Positions 26,721 to 39,501 of a stretch of 64,000 nucleotides of DNA are shown piece after piece. The stretch spans positions 2,170,001 through 2,234,000 of the forward strand of contig NW_027590122.1 in the NCBI RefSeq assembly GCF_964213995.1. Reading direction: 5' to 3'. Within the stretch, counting starts at the first letter, position 1. Each line of letters begins with the position of its first letter. The DNA is from Mustelus asterias. Its lineage: Eukaryota. The notes under the pieces are model-generated. The model was not told the origin of the DNA. It was given only the letters and a program-made list of their open reading frames with translations, and searched no databases. A program made the translations under genes and the position numbers.

Positions 26721-27029
26721 GAGTCCAGGAATTGATGATGAAAAATGAGGAGCTGGGAGATGAATTGAACAAGTATTTTGCCTCGATGTTCACAATAGAG
26801 ATACAGTTAAAACTCAGAAACAGCTGGAAATCAGAAAACAGAAGTGTGGGATGAACTCTGAAAAAGCACAATTCCCAGGGAAGTGGTCCTCAGCAAACTG
26901 TTGGAGCTGTGGGCTGATGAGTCCTCGGGTCCTGCTGGGCTTCATTCTCGGGTCCTGCTGGGCTTCATTCTCGGGTCTTAACAGAGGGAGATAGTTGATG
27001 TTGTTCAATTTTCTAAACCGTCTGTCGCC

Positions 27030-27370
27030 ATTACCCTCACTGCGCATGCTTCAGGTCCCGCCCCTCATTCACTCCGATTGGTTGGAGGACCAGCCGCTCC
27101 CGCTCGGACCTCCAGCCCCGCCCCCTCTTCCTATTGGTCCGGAGTTGCCGTCAATCAGTCCCCGGGCATTATGATGTGGAGCATGCGCAGTGTCATTGCT
27201 GTTCTTGGCGCTTGTTTGTCCCGGAGAAGCGGAGTCAGCGTTAGGCGGTGGCTGGGAGGATTTGGAAACACTTTGTGGATCCGCAAACCCTTCAGAATCA
27301 TTGTCAGCTCCCTGGTTTGTAGCTGCGGGGCTTCTCCCTCCCTCCCTCCCTCCCGGGAACAGGCCCAGGT
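27030..27370. promoter_or_regulatory. CpG-island promoter upstream of the 24047-25309 gene
   Basis: NRF1-like TGCGCATGC and GCATGCGCA, two ATTGG boxes, GC boxes, TGGAGGACC/GGACCTCCA inverted repeat. Confidence 0.6.
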
Positions 27371-29620
27371 TAACGGCCCCATCCTGGCTCAGCCACTGGA
27401 GGATGGTTCACATCAGAGGATGGGGGAGGGGGACAATAAATAAGAGGTTACACTTTGGCCTCAAATCAATGAGGACCCTGATCTCTGGGAAGGAAGGAAA
27501 CCCTGGGAGGTGGGCGGGGAGGATTCACAAACACCCGCTGGAGGTCCCAACACCCCCAATAAGAAGCTGCAGCTCCCTGCAGTGACCAGGAGAGAAAATA
27601 ATTGATTTTATTTTCACTCTGTACAAAAGAGAATTGAACCCAGCCAGAATAGAGGGTGGGAGAAAAGATTTGTGAAGATATTTCACACTGGGTTTGCCAG
27701 GCTGACCAACTCTCTGAGAAAATGAAAGGACATCCTTCATGAGTCTGTCGAAGCAGGTGAGCAGTATTGTGTGCGGTGCTGCTGGAACTGTGTGGGTGGA
27801 CAGGGGCTGGTTGGCAGCCAGAACAGTTGGAAGAGGGTGCTGCACAGATCCATCTTATGGGTGAAACAGCGCCCATACGCCATGCAGCCTGGCACACTGG
27901 AGTCATGGGACAATCCATTGAAATATGAGCTGGTTGGTCAGTGTGGGAGTTGGTTGCAGGACAGGGAGGAGGGAAAGTGTTCAGGATGAGGATTTACTGC
28001 TGCACAGGAACAAGTGAGGAAACGATGTTCCACAGAACATAGTTTCAAATTCCAGCATCCGCAGTAATTTGCTTTGATTCCAAATAAACTTATTGGACTT
28101 TAACCTGGTGTTCTGAGACTTCTTACTGTGCAAACTCCAGAGAGACAGTCACCCACCGCTGGAATCGAACCCAGACTCAGTGAGGCAGCAGTGCTAACCA
28201 CTGTGCCACAGTGAAGGGAGTTTGCCGCAAATTTCGGGTGATAACAATGGGCTGGATGTTGCTCAGAATGTGGAGCACTGCAGCAAAGTACAGAGAGACA
28301 GAGCAGCAAACTGGACTGAGAAATGGAGTCTGCAGACTGGAACTGGCAGCATGAGGAGAGGTTATTTAGTCTAACACTCACAGCAATCTACAACCCACCC
28401 CCATTACCGAGACAGTGAGACAGAGATTACAAACACTCACCAACACAGCTCCACTGAAACGTCCCAGGAAAAAGGGGGAATCTGTGGCAGTTCCTGTCCT
28501 GAAATAGCCCCAGGACTGTCACTCAAATCCCCAACCCGGCCCAGTTCACAGCTCAGCCTCTCAGCTTGCAGCTTCCTGCACCTTGAGCCAACCCTGTCCA
28601 GGTGTGGGAGGGATGTGGAACCCCAGAGTGGGGGGAGGGGTGACCTCCTGCTGTGTCCCAAATAGTTTCTCCTTCCCCTCCCCCTTGGCGCTCGAAGGTC
28701 TCAATGTGGATGTGTTGATGGACATTGCAGAGCCTAACTGAGCTGCGCCTGTCCCTTATCCTGGGTCAACCCCTCCCCTTGGGTTCAGTGTGTTCAGTTC
28801 GCTGCTTCTTTCCCTGCTGAACCTTCAGTTAATCAAAAACAGAAAGTGCTGGAAAACCTCAGCAGGTCTGGTCGCATCTGTGATCATCCAGACTGGAAGC
28901 ATTAACTCCATTCTCTCTCCACAGATGCTGTCAGACCTGCTTTGATTTTCCAGCATTTTCTGTTTAAGATTCCAGCATCCGCAGTGTTTTGCTTTTATCT
29001 TCATTTAAACAAGCATTCTTTGATGGCCTTTACCCTCCGTGCTCCTTTCCAGAGCTTCCCACCTTCTGCTATTGTCCCTGACTCCCACATTAACTGTCAT
29101 TCCTTCCCTTTCTCCTGCTCACATCCCGCTCGAAACTCAGACTCAGAGTTTTACCGCCATCTCCCCCTCCCCCAGCCTCCACATCCCAACACCCGGAATC
29201 TCTAACCCAGCGGTTCCAGTTTGTCTGGTTTGAGTTCAGATTTGCCGCAGCACCGACAGGATTTCACTTCAAACCAGCCGGAACTGACTGCTCACAAATC
29301 CCTAAATGTTTCTCCAGCAGCCCGGGCTTGTTAATGTTGTTTAAAGTCAGCGCCCAAATGCAGCTACTCTCCTCAGTTTAAAAAACTTCTCCGTTTAATC
29401 CAAAGTATTATTCGCACCAGACACAAACACAAAATTGTGAACGTTACCCCCCGCCCCCCCTCCCCCCGCCCCCCCAACGAGACCCGAGCTGGGGTGCCCT
29501 GAGTAAGAGACATCTGTTTCGGGTGTGACAATTCTTACACATTCTCTGGTTGACATAAAACGGAAAACGCTGGAAATTGCCCCCATTACCGAGACAGTGA
29601 GACAGAGATTACAAACACTC

Positions 29621-32600
29621 TTTTTTTTATTTCAAAAATATACTTTATTCACAAAAAAAACTCTCCAATAAAACATTGCAAAATGACAGATCCAAAAGTC
29701 ATAAACAGTGCAAAAAAGAATCATTTTTACAGTACAATACAGTGCTTATTGACAAAACATTACATTCATTACATTTCATTACTTAAAACTATGTACATTC
29801 ATCAGAGTTTACTGTGTGCCGTTATTTATCAGGTTGGCACACAGTTACGCAGGCCGAGGGTATTCTGCAGTTACCCGGCCCTCGGTCTGCCTCGGTTGAG
29901 ACGCTTTACACGGTGGCCTTTCCCCATTGTGCCTTGGCGGCGGCTGCCCCAAGCTTGAGCGCGTCCCTGAGCACAGAGTCCTGGACCTTGGAATGTGCCA
30001 GTCTGCAACACTCGGTCGAGGACAATTCTTTCAGCTGGAAGATCAGCAAGTTTCGGGCGGACCAAAGCACGTCCTCCACCGAGTTGATGACCCTCCAGCA
30101 GCAGTTGATATTTGTCTCGGTGTGCGTCCCCGGAAACAGCCCGTAGAGCACAGAGTCCTGCGTCACCGAGCTGCCCGGGACGAACCGCGACAAATACCAC
30201 TGCACCTCACTCCAGACCTTCTTTGCAAAGGCACATTCCACAAGGAGGTGTGCGACCGTCTCATCAGCCCCGCAGCCGCTTCGAGGACAGCGTGCGATGA
30301 GGTTGAGACCCCGGGCGTGCATAAAGGATCTGACGGGGAGTGCCCTTCTCACCACCAGCCAGGCCAGGTCTTGGTGCTTGTTTGTGAGTTCTGGTGATGA
30401 GGCATTCTGCCAAATGACATTGACAGTCCGCTCAGGGAACCATCCGACAGGATCTGCCGTCTCCTTTTCTCTCAGGGCCTCAAGGACATTACGTGCTGAC
30501 CACTGTTTGATAGCCATGTGGTCAAAGGTGTGTTTCCGGAAGAATTTCTCCACGAAGGACAGGTGCTGCGGTACGGTCCAACTACTTGGAGCGTTCCGCG
30601 GCAATGTGGCCAGACCCATCCTCCGCAACACTTGGGACAGGTAGAACCTCAAAAAATAGTAGCACTTGCTGTTACTGTACCGAGGATCTACACACAGCTT
30701 GATGCAGCCGCACACAAAGGTGGCCATCAGGATGAGGGCGGCGTTGGGAACGTTTTTCCCTTCATTCTCTGGAGATTTGTGCATCGCCTCCCTCCGGACA
30801 CGATCCATCTTTGATCTCCAGATGAACTTAAAGATGGCCCGGGTCACTGCTGTTGCGCAGGACTTGGGGAGAGGCCACACCTGCGCCACGTACAACAACA
30901 CGGACAGAACCTCACATTGGATCACAAGGTTCTTCCCAGTAATGGAGAGGGAGCGTTGCTCCCACAATCCCAATTTTTGTCTGGCTTTGGCGATGCGCTC
31001 CTCCCAGTTTTTGGCGCATGCCCCTGCCGCTCCAAACCATATCCCCAGCACCTTGAGGTAGTCTGCCCTAATGGTGAAGGGGATAAAGGATGTGTCAGGC
31101 CAGTTCCCAAAGAACATGGCCTCACTCTTACCCTGGTTGACTTTGGCCCCCGAGGCCAGCTCGAACTGCTCACAGACTCGAAGGAGCCTACAAACAGACG
31201 AGGGGTCCGAGCAGAAGACAGCCACGTCATCCATGTAGAGGGAGGCTTTAACTTGCGTCCCTCCGCTGCCTGGGATTGTAACCCCTTTGATGCCTGGGTC
31301 GCTTCTGAGGGCCTCGGCAAAGGGTTCAATGCAACACACAAAAAGGACGGAGGAGAGAGGGCAGCCCTGCCTGACTCCAGACCTGATTTGAAACATATCT
31401 GATTCCCACCCATTGATTGAAACTGCGCTACTGATGTCTGTGTAGAGCAGTTGGATCCAATTGCAGATTCCCTCCCCAAAGCCCATTTTGGAGAGCACAT
31501 CCATCATGTAGCTGTGCGATATTCTGTCAAACGCCTTCTCCTGGTCTAGACTGATGAGGCAGGTGTCCACCTGCCTGTCCTGCACGTAGGCGATCGTATC
31601 CCTGAGTAGCGCGAGGCTATCAGAGATCTTCCTGCCGGGTACAGCACAGGTTTGATCAGGATGGATCACTGACCCCAGAACAGACTTGACCCGGTTGGCG
31701 ATGACCTTGGCCAGAATCTTGTAATCCACATTCAATAGTGAAATAGGTCTCCAATTTCTAATTTCTCCCCTTTCCCCCTTCTGCTTGTAGATGAGGGTAA
31801 TGATGCCTTTCCTCATGGATTCTGACATGCTGCCTTCCAGAAGCATACTCTCGTATACTTCCAGGAGGTCCGGGCCCGTCAAGTCCCACAATGCCGAGTA
31901 AAGCGCAGCCGGTAAGCCGTCGCTACCGGGAGTTTTACCCTTCTGAAGGGACTCGACTGCCTTTGTCAGCTCATCCAGAGCTACCGGTCTGTCCAGGCTC
32001 TCCCGCTCGCCGTCGTCCAAGACTTGTGTGATAGACGACAGGAAAGACTGGGAGGCCGTGCTGTCTGTTGGCTTCAGGTCATTCAGTCCGGCATAGAAGG
32101 ATTTGCAAATCCTCAGGATGTCAGACTGCGATGACCCTACAGAGCCATCTTCTTCCTTCAGGCTTGTGATCACAGAGGTTTCTCTGTGCACCTTCTGGAA
32201 GAAGAAGCGCGAGCACGTTTCGTCCTGCTCCACGGAGCGGACCCTGGACCGGAAGATAACCTTGGAGGCCTCTGAGGCAAAGAGCGAGGCTTACTGGCTC
32301 TTCACCTCCCGGAGGTCCTCCTTGACATCAACCCCCATCGACTGCAGTTGGAGTAGCTCCTGCATGCTTTTCTGGAGTCGGGACATTTCCCCCCGTCTCT
32401 CCCTGGCCTTCTAAACCCCTTTTCGGATAAAGAACCTCTTGATGTTGCCCTTGATGGTTTCCCACCAGAGCGATGGAGACTCAAAGAAGGGTTTCACGGT
32501 TCTCCAACCGTGGTAAACCCTCTTGAGTTCCTCGAGGTTCTCTGGGGTCAACAGTTCTACATTAAGCTTCCAGGACCCCCTGCCCACTTTCTGGTTTTGC

Positions 32601-33108
32601 TCCAGCTGACAGTCTGCCAGCAGGAGGCAGTGATCAGAGAAGAACACCGGCTTGACGTCGGTGGACCTGACCGTGAGCGCGGGATGCAAACATGAAGTCG
32701 ATCCTGGAGCGGACAGACCCGTCTGGCCGCGACCACGTGTATCTACGCTGCCCTCCGTCTGCTGGATCGCTGAAGACGTCGAGCAGCTTGGCATCTTTGA
32801 CTGTTTCCAGCAGGGCTCTGGACGTAGCGTCCAGTTTACTTTCGGCCCTGTTGGATCGGCCGGCCTTGTCAATGATACAGTTAAAGTCCCCACCCAGTAT
32901 GATTGGCCTGGAGGTGGTGAGTAGCAGTGGCAGCTGTTCAAAAAGTGCCAGCCGCTCGGTCTTGACGGCAGGGGCATACACATTAATCAGCCTGAGAGGG
33001 CAGTTTTTGTACGTGACGTCTGCTACGAGGAGGCGTCCTCCCACCACCTCCTTAACTTAGGAGACGGTGAAGTTGCCCCCCCGTAGCAGAATGCCGAGGC
33101 CGGATGAA
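29621..33108 (-). mobile_element. Tx1-clade non-LTR retrotransposon, 5'-truncated, ORF2 (APE endonuclease, RT, C-terminal zinc knuckle)
   Basis: INVYAP, GGDFNC, SRIDF, SDH endonuclease motifs; 775-aa open RT (GVRQGCPLS, YMDD; CxxxxC...HLLVEC); A-rich 3' UTR and tail; frameshifts at 32300-32700. Confidence 0.93.
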
Positions 33109-34029
33109 ATCTGCGAATGACTTAGTAAATCCCTTCCCTAACAGCACTGCGAGTGTCCCTCAAACCACAGGGACTGCAGCGGTTCAGGAAGGCAGCTCAC
33201 CACCACCTCAAGGGCAATTAGGAACAGGTAATAAAAATACTGGTCTGGCCAGTGACACCCACACCCCATGAAAAGAAAATGTCTGTTCAAACAAGACTTA
33301 ATTAAGGCAGGACAGGATTCTTTGAATAATACATTTTACAACATTAAATTAACATTAAAATTATTATTAAAGGAAAGAGATTTGCATATCAATTCAGGAA
33401 AATTTCCAAGATGGTGCTGGAGTGAGGCGACTTCTTGCAAGCTGTGCCCAGCATACCCTCTAATTCTATCTTCTACTTGTTCTATGCTTCTAAAACTTTA
33501 TTCTAACTCTTATGACTGTAACACTACATTCAGCATCCTCTCCTTCTCTACGTACGGTACTCTTTGTCTGTATAGCGTACAAGAAACAATACTTTTCACT
33601 GTATGCTAATACATGTGACAATAATAAATCAAATCAAATCAGACAATGATTTTTGCAACTTTATCGAGGTGTTGATCCATCACAGCGCTCCCCTCTCAAG
33701 ACTCTGTCTCAGACACAATCCCACTTGCTGAGATGTACATGTGATTCTTGCCTCGAGTGAGTGTCTTCAGTAATCAGCCAGCAACAAATCATTACGGAGC
33801 CCTGACTTTTCACCCCTGAGTGGCCAGCTCCCTGTGTCAGAGTCAACCTTTTCCTCAGTTAATAATTACCTCAAGCTGCTGCTCGGGTAAATCCAATTAG
33901 TTCTTAGGCACAGTGGCCACCCAGCCTCAGTACATCAGACAAGAATACAAAAGAGTAAAATCTCTTGATTTTGAACTATCTCGCTATCCACTGGATCAAA
34001 CTAAAGATTATAATGTACCATTATAATAA

Positions 34030-34460
34030 GGGCTTAGTTGTGAGGAGAGACTGGGTAAACTGGGGTTGTTCTCACTGGAAAGATGGAGGATGAGTGTTGA
34101 CCTAATAGAGGTGTATAAAATTATGAAAGGCATAGATAGGGTGAACGGTGGGAAGCTTTTTCCCAGGTCGGTGGTGACGTTCACGAGGGTTCATAGGTTC
34201 TAGGTGAAGGTGGGGGGAGGTTTAACACGGATATCAGAAGGACGTATTTTACACAGAGGGTGGTGGGGGCCTGGAATGTGCTGCCGGGCAAGGTGGTGGC
34301 GGCGGACACACTGGGAACGTTTAAGACTTATCTAGATAGCCACATGAACAGAGTGGGAATGGAGGGATACAAAAGAATGGTCGAGTTTGGACCCGGGAGC
34401 GGCGCGGGCTTGGAGGGCCAAAGGGCCTGTTCCTGTGCTGTATTGTTCTTTGTTCTTTGT
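34030..34460 (+). mobile_element. CR1 3' end, same subfamily as 53690-54857
   Basis: Near-identical to 54430-54857; ttgttct tail. Confidence 0.88.
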
Positions 34461-35154
34461 ATTCCTTGGGACCTTTATCAGGGATCCTTCATTATTAGAA
34501 TAGTTTGTCTGAAATTGCCGTTTCTCACACAGAGAGACATGCAATAATTCAACTTAACAATTTTTGGATGAAAATCCAGTCTTTCCAATATGATTATTGA
34601 TTCATTATTTATAACTTAATCAAGGTTCATCAATTGTACAATCATCTGTTTCATGACTGGTTCCTCCCATCATACAGTAATTTGATTAATATATGTGGTT
34701 AATACAGAAAACAAAATGACCTCTTTCATCACATGTTAGTCTGACTTCCTTGACCTTGTCAGTTATTACAGCAGATACAATATAAAAATGGTCACGTCAA
34801 ATTCAGGTCTGACCAATCAGACCTACGTACAGTGAGAAACATGATTGAAAGCAGCAGTAGTGAGAAAGGGTCAATTGTAAAGTTAAAACTGAGATGTGTC
34901 TGGTGCAGTTTTAACAGAATATCCAGTCTAATGTAAGCTGAATCAGAATCTAATGTAACAGTAACTAAGAGAGATGTGAAGTGTAAACATGAAGTATAAA
35001 TCGAGACTTGATCTTTAGTGGGATTAAAACCAGGGCCTCCTGTGGTCTAAACAGAGAGATGTTTTGCCTAATTATTAATAAGGAGAGTTAAATGTAGAAT
35101 AGAGCAATTGTCTAGTGTAACATAAACTGAGACACAACCTGGTTTAACATAAAT

Positions 35155-35450
35155 ATAGTGGTTAGCACTGCTGCCTCACAGTGTCAGGGACCCAGGTTTG
35201 ATTCCCGGCTTGGGTCACTGTCTGTGCGGAGTCTACACATTCTCCCCGTGTCTGCTTGGGTTTCCTCTGGGTGCTTCTGTTTCCTTGCACACTCCAAACA
35301 TGTGTGGGTTAGGTTGATTGGCCATGCCCCTTAGTGTCAGGGGGATTAGCAGGATAAATATGTGGGGTTATGGGGCTAGGACCTAGGGAGGATTGTCAGT
35401 GCAGGCTCGATGAGCTGAATGGCTTCTTTCTGCATGAGAGGGATTCTATG
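35155..35450 (+). mobile_element. HE1-type V-SINE, diverged
   Basis: Head, V-domain and tail recognisable. Confidence 0.85.
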
Positions 35451-36715
35451 CTTTGAAATATGAACATGGTCCAGAAACAGTATTAACAAAGGCAGGGTCT
35501 GCAGTAATTTAAATAGGGGCATGGCTGGCACAGTAACTGAGACAGAGCTGTGAACAATGGGAACTCAGACAGGGTCTGGAGTAGTTCAAAAAGGCTCAGG
35601 TGTAATAATAACAGATAATAATAACTGAGACAGGGCCCAACTTAAAATAACCAGGGATGGGAACCAGGATTTTACGGCCCTTCTCCCCAGCGATACATTA
35701 TTGTCCTGTTGAACTAAATGGAGATTTAAATAGCTATCCAATTAAGCCCAAATCTTTCCCAATAGCCCTGCAATTTTGCCACTTTAAGAATGTATCGAAT
35801 TGTTTTTTTCAAAATTAATTAATGAATCTGATTCCACAACCCATTCAGGCAGTGCGCACCAACCAGATCACATCTTACCGTGTCAAATAGACATCTCCTC
35901 AATCTGGACTCTTGTTTCTTTGCACATTTTAAATCCATTCATCCTCTGGTTACCAACCCTCTTGCTGGTTGGAACAGTTCCTCCCCATTTACTCCTATCA
36001 AACCCCTCATGGCTTGAACACCTCAATTCAATCTCGCCCTAATCCCCTGACATTTCTCCAATTTCTCCTCGATGGTCTGTCCAATGAGGTGCAGCTTCAT
36101 TGTGCCGTCACTGATGTATTTATCTCGCTCTGACCAGGGGATCAGATCTTTAATCTCAGCTTCCCCCGAGTGTGGGACCTGGAGGGTCTTCACATCATTC
36201 ACAAACCACACCCCATTGACACATTGGTAAAGCAGAATGCTCAGCTTGTGAGAATATGTCTTGCCAGCTGGATCATAATCATTTACTGAGACAGAGAGAG
36301 TTGACAACTCATCCTCTTGCTGAATCTCATCATATCGCATGCGATTGCGATGATTGTTTTTCAGCCGCTGGATCCTTTGACCTTTTGGGAAAAAGGTAAC
36401 ATACCACTGAATCTTCAGTTTGAAATGGCTGGTCAAGAATGATGTCTGAATAGATGTTTGATTCATCATCTGATATCCTGTGATGTCCCAGAGGTGGCTG
36501 AATGTTTGAATCGGCAACACTCTATATTAGAGCCGGCGGGAATCCTGGCTCCTCACTTTCACTTTCAGTTCCCGGTTCTGATGAGGTATTCAGTGGGCGG
36601 GAACAATAAAATCCACCCTCCCACACCGGAACCATCCACATAAAACCCTCAACAATAGAGTTAAAGAAACAAAATCTCCCGAGGGATATCACGTGTGTGT
36701 GCAACGTCAGATAGA

Positions 36716-37926
36716 TGATCGCTTCTCGGCCTTTTGGCTAAGATCAAGTGTAGTATGGTCGGCAGCCCATGGTCGGCCGCGCTTGGTTGAGGTCATTAGG
36801 TTACACTGAAGCTTCATATGTTTCATATGAAGCAATTTTTTAAAGCGGCATCTCGGCCTTTTGGCTGGGATGCAAATGAGCTCAAGTCTTGGAGGAGGAA
36901 CCTCCCCCTTCTCCAATCAGCTTGGCTCATGTAGATCAGGCCCAGGACAGGGTGGTTTGGTCGCCTGCCCTGTCTTGTCAGAGATTTGAACAGGCTGAGT
37001 GAGTGGGCGAGGATATGGCAAATGGAGTATAACGTTGATAAATGCGAGGTTATACACTTTGGAGGAAATAATAACAAATGGGATTACTATCTCAATGGAA
37101 ACAAATCAAAACATGCTACCGTGCAAAGGGACCTGGGGGTCCTTGTGCATGAGACGCAAAAGCCCAGTCTGCATGTACAACAGGTGATCAAGAAGGTAAA
37201 TGGGATGTTGGCCTATATCGCGAGGGGAATAGAATATAAAAGCAGGGATGTCTTGATGCACCTGTACAGGGCATTGGTGAGGCCGCAGCTGTATTGGTCC
37301 CCTTATATGAGGAAGGATATATTGGCATTGGAGGGAGTGCAGAGAAGGTTCACCAGGTTGATACCGGAGATGAGGGGTTTGGATTATGAGGAGAGGCTGA
37401 GGAGATTGGGTTTGTACTCGTTGGAGTTTAGAAGGATGAGGGGGTATCTTATGGAGACTTATAAGATAATGCGGGGGCTGGATAGGGTGGAGGCGGAGAG
37501 ATTCTTTCCACTTAGTAAGGAAGTTAAAACGAGAGGACACAGCCTCAAAATAAAGGGGGGTCGGTTTAAGACAGAGTTGAGGAGGAACTTCTTCTCCCAG
37601 AGGGTGGTGAATCTCTGGAATTCTCTGCCCACTGAGGTGGTGGAGGCTACCTCGCTGAATATGTTTAAAGCGCGGATGGATGGATTCCTGATCGGTAAGG
37701 GAATTAAGGGTTATGGGGATCAGGCGGGTAAGTGGTACTGATCCACGTCAGATCAGCCATGATCTTATTGAATGGCGGGGCAGGCTCGAGGGGCTAGATG
37801 GCCTACTCCTGCTCCTATTTCTTATGTTCTTATGTTCTTATGTCAGCCTGGATCTGAAATGTCTCAACTTGTTGAGACTCTGAATTGGATTTGATTTGAT
37901 TGAATTGGAAAAGTATTTTTTTAAAA
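36716..37926 (+). mobile_element. U2 snRNA-headed short retroelement (about 345 bp excluding nested CR1)
   Basis: Exact U2 nt 1-39 at 36718-36756; tcagataga duplicated at 36707-36715 and 37927-37935; second copy at 57465-57581. Confidence 0.8.
36982..37840 (+). mobile_element. Young CR1 3' fragment nested in the U2-headed element
   Basis: 251-aa open ORF2 C-terminus; (ttcttatg)n tail; tgtcag on both sides (36976-36981, 37841-37846). Confidence 0.92.
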
Positions 37927-38764
37927 TCAGATAGAACTGAGTTTACCGAGCCAAAGAAGGAGGTGTTCAGAGCAGTGATCAGAATCTCCATCGGTGAAGT
38001 GGGTTTGGCAGGCAGCTCTCCCTCAACATCACTTCTCATGACCCTCTCCACTGACTCTGAATTCTCACATTGAGCGTCTGACATATTTCCTGAGTAACAG
38101 AAATCTCAGATCAAACACTGGGAAGAGTGAAGCGTTTATATTCTGTGTCAGACACAGACGCTGTCCCCTAGCCAATGACTCCATCCTTCTCCTCGTCAGT
38201 GCCTGGGGCTGAACCAGAGAACTCACAACCTTTTTTCCCATTTGACCCACAGATCAGCTTGCAATCCCCAAATGTCTGTCTCCTCTCTTCCACACTCATA
38301 CAGTGCAGAAGAGGCCACTGAGCCTGCACTGACTCTCTGACAGAGCACCTTACCCAGGCCATCTCCCCCACCCGGGCATGGGTGGACCAGGACAGGTTGT
38401 TGATGATCTGAACACCTCGAAACTTGAAGCTCTCGAACCATCTCCACTTCATCACCTTTGATGTCGACAAGGGCATGTCCTCCATTACATTTCAGTCACC
38501 CATCAGACTTCTCTTTTCGAGGGAAAAGCAGCCTCAGACTTTCCTGAGGGTTAAAAGCTCTCAGCTCTGGGATTATTCTTGTCAATCTACGTTGCTCCAT
38601 CTCCAGTGCCTCTCTTTCCTTCTTCTAAATGCAGATCACTAATTTTGACAGGGCTCCCAGTTTACTCTAACCCTGGTTCTAAACAAGTTGGCCATAACCT
38701 CCCTGCTTTTCAATTCTATGCCTCTGAAATGGAACCCTATATATGGGCCCCACACTTTAGGAAA

Positions 38765-38977
38765 GATGTGAACTCGCTGGGGTGTCAGCAGAGTGGATAA
38801 CTGAGTGAATCCTTTCCCACACAAAGCAGGTGAATGGTCTCTCCCCAGTGTGGACTCACTGGTGAATCCACAGGTTTGATGAGCTTTAAAACCTCTGTGC
38901 AGTGAGAACAGCTGAACAGTCTCTCCTCTGTGAGACTGCACTGGTGGGACATCAGTTCTGCAGACCTTGTGAAGTCA
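38765..38977 (-). pseudogene. Decayed distal fingers of the 39502-40449 array
   Basis: DFTRSAELMSHQCSLTEERLFSCSHC continues the array beyond a CR1 insertion. Confidence 0.7.
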
Positions 38978-39490
38978 TAGAGCTTTCCAGCATGGAAACA
39001 GGTCCTTTGGCCCAACTTGTCCATGCAGCCCCTTTTTTTTAAAAGCCCTCAGCTAGTCCCAATTGCCCGCATTTATACCCATCGTACCCATGTAACTGTC
39101 TAAATGCTTTTTAAAAGACAAAATTGTACCCGCCTCTACTACTACCTCTGGCATCTTGTTCCAGACACTCACCACCCTCTGTGTGAAAACGTTGCCCCAC
39201 TGGACCCTTTTGTATCTCTCCCCTCTCACCTTAAACCTATGCCCTCTAGTTTTAGACTCCCCTACCTTGATATTGACGATCTACCTTATCAATGTCCCTT
39301 ATTATTTTATAGACCGCTATAAGTTCATCCCTCAGCCTTCTACGCTCCAGAGAAAAAAGTCCCAGTCTATCCAGCCTCTCCTTATAACTCAATCCATCCA
39401 GTCCCAGTAGCATCCTAGTAAATCTTTTCTGCACTCTTTCTAGTTTAATAATATCTTTTCTATAATCGGGTGACCAGAACTGTGCACAGT
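38975..39490 (-). mobile_element. CR1 3' fragment inserted in ZNF array
   Basis: QKRFTRMLLGLDGLSYKERLDRLGLFSL; tgact on both sides. Confidence 0.85.
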
Positions 39491-39501
39491 CACTCCCCCA
39501 T

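Larger units (their letters stand above)
36023..38084 (-). pseudogene. Decayed BTBD17/galectin-3-binding-protein-like gene interrupted by the U2-headed element
   Basis: 36520-36023 open: QTSIQT...IQWYVTFFP...YSHKLSILL...FVNDV...YISDGTMKLHLI resembles the family C-terminal domain; BTB-like scraps SD/LHTHVISL...FFNSIV flank the insertion. Confidence 0.45.

Noticed and set aside
26929-26977. Tandem duplication cgggtcctgctgggcttcattct
   Set aside because: Local slippage inside an old CR1 fragment; single in the paralog at 48237.
29927-31500. Several overlapping ORFs within Tx1
   Set aside because: Antisense or off-frame shadows of a GC-rich RT coding sequence.
36718-36756. Functional U2 snRNA gene
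   Set aside because: Only nt 1-39 are present; no stem II, Sm site or 3' domain of U2 follows. The same holds at 57543-57581.
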